Assembly: GCA_977017575.1 (NCBI GenBank)
Contig: CDRNVI010000003.1
Coordinates: 809,254-873,253 of the forward strand
Direction: 5' to 3'
DNA from: Paramoeba atlantica
Taxonomy: Eukaryota > Protista > Discosea
Length of the DNA stretch: 64,000 nt
Made by a program: the position numbers and the translations under genes. Positions 59,367 to 64,000 of the stretch are shown piece by piece; positions within the stretch are counted from its first letter, which is position 1; each line of letters starts with the position of its first letter. Below the pieces are notes generated by a model, which was given only the letters and a program-made list of their open reading frames with translations, did not search any database and had not been told where the DNA came from.

Positions 59367-59752
59367 CCAAATCCAAAAAAATCCAAATCACGCCGGATCG
59401 CTCCGGATGGTCACTGGCAAGCCAGACCCTTCACAGACAGATTTGGAAGTTCCGAGGCCGACGTCCTCTACCAGTTTCCGCTTGTCCAAGGCGGCACCAA
59501 CGTGCTGTTGCCAACACGCTGCGTCGACGAACTGTACGACAACACGGCTTACCCAAGAGGTGTAAGCCGGGTAAGGGAGCTGGTTCCCTGAGGGGAGGGT
59601 CCGGGACGGTCCTCCGAGTACTGGACCTAGTCGGCTATCAGCCCAGCCTCTTAGAGTGAGGCCGCCAGGAATATTGCGATGAGCGGGTTTGAACTCGCCG
59701 TCTGAGCACCATGTGCTTCAAACTTTGAATTCTTGCCACTCCGCCACCTCCG
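59367..59752 (-). mobile_element. 386-bp tRNA-headed SINE-like insertion with a 12-bp TSD
   Basis: A-box TGGCGGAGTGG and B-box-like GAGTTCAAACC in the first ~80 nt; CCCGGAATGGGT at 59355-59366 and 59753-59764; (TTTGGA)n tail. Confidence 0.6.
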
Positions 59753-60017
59753 CCCGGAATGGGTGAAGAGGGTCATGGGCCTCAACCCCATACTTTAACG
59801 AATTTTGATTCATAATTTATAAAAAAAGTATGTTTTTGTATCAATAATGTATTTTTTTAAATGCCCCTAAATGACCCACTTATAAAAATTAATTAAATGG
59901 GGAGTAGAGGGCCAGAAACGTGTGTAGTTTGCGCACGTCTGGAAGAATCTAGTCTAGATCTGTGATTCCTGATCAGAGAGATACTATACTACGAGTTTTT
60001 AACGACACAGATTCGCT

Positions 60018-62006
60018 ATGCGGAGGACGGATAAACCGGAGCATCATAATATAGCGCCCCTTGACCAACGAGCAAGTAAGGAGCTGAATATGATGTCCAA
60101 GTATTCATGTGTTTCAAAAGTGACATTCTTCCTTGTTCACATGGCTCTAGAGCTTTTGCAAGCCTTTGATTTCTGCCTGCAGATATTTATATCCAGAAAC
60201 CTTGCCCATATCCTGTTTGTGATTTTACCTGTGAACGGAAATGCGTTAGTAGGAAATTCACTTGGTGCAGATCAGATAAAAGAATTTTTGGGTGAGTTGA
60301 ACGGTATAGCGCTTCTGTGCGCCGAACTTGCATTTTGCATGGAAATCCGTACTGGGGCGTACCTTCTACAAAATAAAGATAGACCACATTTTGATTTGAA
60401 TGAATACGAGACATTTGAAGCACGAAAAATAGCGTCGCAGCGCGTATCACAAAATTCATTATCAGATAAAACAGGACACTCCGGTATGCCATTCAATGAA
60501 ACGCGAAATACAGGTACCATGAGTGAAAATAAACTATCTGACTCTGCGCAACATTATCGGTGTCATTGGGTACGGGGTGCCATGATGCAACCGGTACTAG
60601 ACGCTAAGGTAATCGATGCCGTTACAATTCGCATAGAATTGCGCGACCTCTTTTATCAACTTCCTATACGACAGGCGTATGCTTTAGAAAACTCGGCCAA
60701 AATAGTCGATAAAATAGTGAGAGAGATCCAACTAATAACAATACCTTATTTTAAAGTGGAAGTTGCTATTTTCTGTGAGGCAGGTCGCAATGTACACGGA
60801 GCACATAATGATTGTGTTTTCTTTAGATTTTCACATCCAGCGACAGTAAATGCACTAAATCAATTTCTTGGAGAAGATACTCGCCACTGGATTCGCGTCA
60901 ATGTGAGCGCTTCCGATACCGGAGGTTTATGCTCCGTTACAGGGATCTGCCGTGTCAGTAGGTTTGCGAAACATTTTGCCCTACCCGTTCAAATTATTTA
61001 CGTAAACAAAACATGGTTGCATTACGACTCTTTCAACGAACAATTCTGTGAGTTATTACGTCGTTTCCTGCTTAAAGAATTAAAGCAGATTAACGTGCAT
61101 TTCACAACTCGATCTCTTAGTTATGTTCTTTTTTTTACGACACCCGACCCTGTGAAATTATTGAACCAAACATCCATTGAGATGGATTTACTACGTCGCG
61201 TAGTGCGACTTGCCGCTCGTTCAGAAGCGAAGGTGAAGCCTGCTATGTCACGACTTAAGACCCGTTTAAACAACCCATTTGATTCAGTAATGGACTCCAC
61301 GGGAGTGCCAGTGGTTCCTGTACCGACGCGAACCTGTGATCGATCGCATCTAGGTGACCTAGATTCGTCATATGTCGTAGGGCAAGCCTTCGATTGTGTC
61401 ATTTTGTGTTATGTGCCCGGTATACATCTGTTATTCGTCGTAGATCAACACGCGGCAGACGAGCGTGTTCGACTGGAGTTATTTCTCAATGATATGCGGA
61501 GCATATTAGGCAGAAAGGTCTACAATCCCCCAAAGGTCATGAGTGGACTTCCCCCGATTACATTGCGTAATTCTGGAAAGGGATTACTCTTTCTAAGACG
61601 GTGGGGATACGACTTCGAGGCCAAATTTCCAGATCGCATTATTTTGCATCGAGTACCTGAACTCCGGTTTCTTATGGACTCTGGCCATCCTTCACTTGTA
61701 TTAAGTATCAAAGAGCTGTTAGACGCTTTGGTTGAGTGGTTCGACAGCACAACTGTTTTTTATCATCTTAACCCGCCACTCAGCATTCTAAAGCGGCTTA
61801 TTTCGCGCTCCTGCAAGGGCGCACTGACTTTTAACAAAACCTTAACTATCGAAGGTTGTGATGCTCTTTTGGATGACCTAAGAAACACCAAGCATTGGAT
61901 GCATTGCGCACATGGTCGCTTATCATACGCTGAACTCACCAAATTTTCGTTCAGCATATTAGATAGTAAGGAAATAAATTTCACAATTCCGCAATGTTCA
62001 ATATGA
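60018..62006 (+). CDS. MLH3: MutL-family mismatch-repair protein, MLH3-like, with a divergent N-terminus
   Basis: C-terminal DQHAADERVRLE endonuclease motif, SCKGALTFN and CAHGR, typical of MLH3/PMS subfamilies; MLH3 preferred by eye only. Confidence 0.7.
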   Translation: MRRTDKPEHHNIAPLDQRASKELNMMSKYSCVSKVTFFLVHMALELLQAFDFCLQIFISRNLAHILFVILPVNGNALVGNSLGADQIKEFLGELNGIALLCAELAFCMEIRTGAYLLQNKDRPHFDLNEYETFEARKIASQRVSQNSLSDKTGHSGMPFNETRNTGTMSENKLSDSAQHYRCHWVRGAMMQPVLDAKVIDAVTIRIELRDLFYQLPIRQAYALENSAKIVDKIVREIQLITIPYFKVEVAIFCEAGRNVHGAHNDCVFFRFSHPATVNALNQFLGEDTRHWIRVNVSASDTGGLCSVTGICRVSRFAKHFALPVQIIYVNKTWLHYDSFNEQFCELLRRFLLKELKQINVHFTTRSLSYVLFFTTPDPVKLLNQTSIEMDLLRRVVRLAARSEAKVKPAMSRLKTRLNNPFDSVMDSTGVPVVPVPTRTCDRSHLGDLDSSYVVGQAFDCVILCYVPGIHLLFVVDQHAADERVRLELFLNDMRSILGRKVYNPPKVMSGLPPITLRNSGKGLLFLRRWGYDFEAKFPDRIILHRVPELRFLMDSGHPSLVLSIKELLDALVEWFDSTTVFYHLNPPLSILKRLISRSCKGALTFNKTLTIEGCDALLDDLRNTKHWMHCAHGRLSYAELTKFSFSILDSKEINFTIPQCSI

Positions 62007-62282
62007 GGAATTTTAAATCGTGATTTATATTTCTAATTTCCTGCTTACTCTTGTAGTATGCTGGTGAAGAGCGGAATATAATGATCGATTGATAGGTTAA
62101 TATTGACATGTTTCCATCTTTACATACCATGTTTATAGAAAAAAAGTGTATATAGAAAACTTTCTCAATAACCACTTGTGGGAACATTAGCTACCTTTCA
62201 ATCTTTTATTACTCTGCTATTTTTTGCCTTTTTATCTCTCCTACTTTTTTGATCTTGCCACACAAGCATACTCCCCCCTATA

Positions 62283-63030
62283 CAGTGGTGTTCAGTGTCT
62301 TTTACCACCCCCTACAGGTCTTGTATTTTGTCCGATTTTGGAAATATTTGGTATACCACCGTTTTTCGACCCAATCGTTCCGAATCCGAGGTCCTTTTCA
62401 CTCGAGCGACCCCCTACCCCCCCTAGCCAGGTAGGGGTCAAAAAAGCTAATTACAACTTTTTTGGGTTCATTTTTTTGAATATTTCGGATTAGGAACAGT
62501 AGTAAAGCAGGTCAGAAGACGTGGAAAAGGAGTGCAAAGTAATCTCTAGTATTTAGTCATATGCACTTTAGCCTCCTTGACCAAAAGAAAACGTTTACTA
62601 TAGTCCCAGAAGGCATTCTTAAACGTTTCCGGTTAATCTTCAGAAAAAAAAGCGAAAAGTTTCAATGATAGACCCGGGGCTAAGTTTATGAAGTTCTTCG
62701 AGTGTCTTATAGAACTTAAGTCGCTCTCAATCGATTGCGAGTGCCGTGCGCATCTCGGGGCACACGAGGCAGGAAGGTAAGCACACGGGGCGGTGCTTTT
62801 TCGTCATCAATCACCAAAATGTGCCAATTTTGAAAAAAATGTACTCTGTGAAAAGAAATCGACTTTTTTGCAGTTTTTTTCCCGGTTTAGGTATGATACA
62901 GGTGTCCACGAGTGAAAAGGACCTCGGATTCGGAACGATTGGGTCGAAAAACAGTCCCATACAAAATATTTCCAAAATCGAACAAAATGCAAGACCTGTA
63001 GGGGGTGGTAAAAGAGGCTGAACACTACTG
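62283..63030. mobile_element. 748-bp Tc1/mariner-type MITE with ~120-bp imperfect TIRs and TA TSD
   Basis: CAGTGGTGTTCAG... versus reverse complement CAGTAGTGTTCAG...; the long inverted match runs to ...CCTTTTCACTCG. Confidence 0.8.
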
Positions 63031-63419
63031 TACTTCCCCGAAAACTCCGGGTACACTTATTATTGTCAAACGTTTTGACAATAACGTAAGTTTTGACAAA
63101 AACGTGCTTTGACAATAATAAGAAACTTCGTATCATACATGGGGATGTAGCTAAATCTGGGGGGTCTAAAATTTGTAAAACTTTGCCAATTTTAGAAGGT
63201 AATGTACCCCCCTAGTTGTCACACGTTACCCCCCCCCCCCTAGTTATTTGTCACTTTTTGGCCCTTCAATTTTTTTCGTCCACTATCCCCCATAGCAACC
63301 TGTCACTTTTTTAGCTATTTTTTTACAAAAAAAATCTTAAAACGAATAAAAAAAGTGATCTGTCACCTTTTCACGAAAAGTAGTGTCAGGTAACTAGCGG
63401 GGTAGGTAGGTAGGTACAC

Positions 63420-63660
63420 AGAGCCATTTGTCTCCGAGGAGATATGGCTCCCTAGTTTCAGCCTAGGTGCTCTGTGCGGATGCTGATGCTCGAAGCATCT
63501 GTGCGGGCATAACTCAACCATAGAAGGCACACATCCGACTTATCCTCCAGCAAAGGAACCATAGAAGGCACACATCCGACTTATCCTCTAGGAAAGGAAG
63601 CCAATTATTACAGCTCGGGTAGGAGGGGTTCGCTACTCCCCAGCGTGGATTAACAAGTTA
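63420..63660. repeat. Short retroelement 3'-end relics: TCTCCGAGGAGAT-type SINE end and the beta terminal motif GGGTAGGAGGGGTTCGCTACTCCCCAGCGTGG.TTAACAA
   Basis: Matches ~30365-30395 and ~45688-45727 respectively; a local ~33-bp tandem duplication lies between them. Confidence 0.6.
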
Positions 63661-64000
63661 CTATGACCCCCCTTTAATAGAGACCCCCCCTCAGGCCCCC
63701 CTTTAATAGAGACAAAATTGGGGGAAGATTTTTTTTGGGGGGGGTTTCGGGGGGGGGGCGAAGGTGGAGAGTCTTGGAGACATTTCTCCCGTGAAATCCT
63801 ATGAGCTCTCGACCTCCACATCCAAATTTACACCCCTGTATGATCGGACGGGGCTACGATCCTAAATGTGTTCAGTATATAAAGTTTAGAAGCTAAGAAA
63901 ATAGAAGAAAAGGAACCCAAGTTTTAAACGCTGAGAAAGAATTGATTTCCTACTGAGAGTTTGTATTAGAAAGCTACAAAATCATTTATCCAATGGATTT

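Noticed and set aside
59676-59753. Functional tRNA (Leu/Ser, or Sec on the plus strand because of CTTCAAA)
   Set aside because: Acceptor, anticodon and T stems do not pair properly; treated as a SINE head.
59850-60000. Pol III snRNA divergent from the tRNA-like sequence
   Set aside because: A hairpin and T5 are present, but I see no U2, U4, U5, U6 or 7SL signature.
51010-62006. Functional link between HFM1-like fingers and the MLH3-like gene (both meiotic crossover associations)
   Set aside because: The fingers belong to a retrotransposon ORF; proximity alone is no evidence.

Overview
Eukaryotic DNA, very probably euglenozoan/kinetoplastid, consisting almost entirely of nested transposable elements. 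The taxonomic evidence is a 38-nt spliced-leader-like sequence (AACTTTAACGATAAAGATACAGTTTCTGTACCTTGTTG) at six sites, VIPER-type tyrosine-recombinase (YR) retroelements, and CRE/SLACS-type non-LTR elements. Contents: at least three CRE-like RT-REL families (called alpha, beta, gamma here; mostly broken); four VIPER/TATE-like elements (A-D) plus fragments; one NeSL/R4-like RT-REL element; an intact pogo-like DNA transposon; several MITEs and SINE-like insertions; an ~52-copy 18-bp array; and one host-type gene (MLH3-like). Main hunt results: (1) the VIPER gag ends carry a conserved -1 slippery heptamer, a 6-nt spacer and a covarying three-stem pseudoknot leading into the pol frame, while the YR gene sits in the gag frame behind a single stop codon, suggesting one RNA decoded three ways; (2) many insertions begin with the trans-spliced leader, indicating retroposition of SL-capped RNAs; (3) there is a YR-less VIPER with intact gag and pol; (4) a structured 3' UTR is conserved more strongly than the ORFs it follows. 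All family assignments rest on motif recognition by eye; no searches were run.
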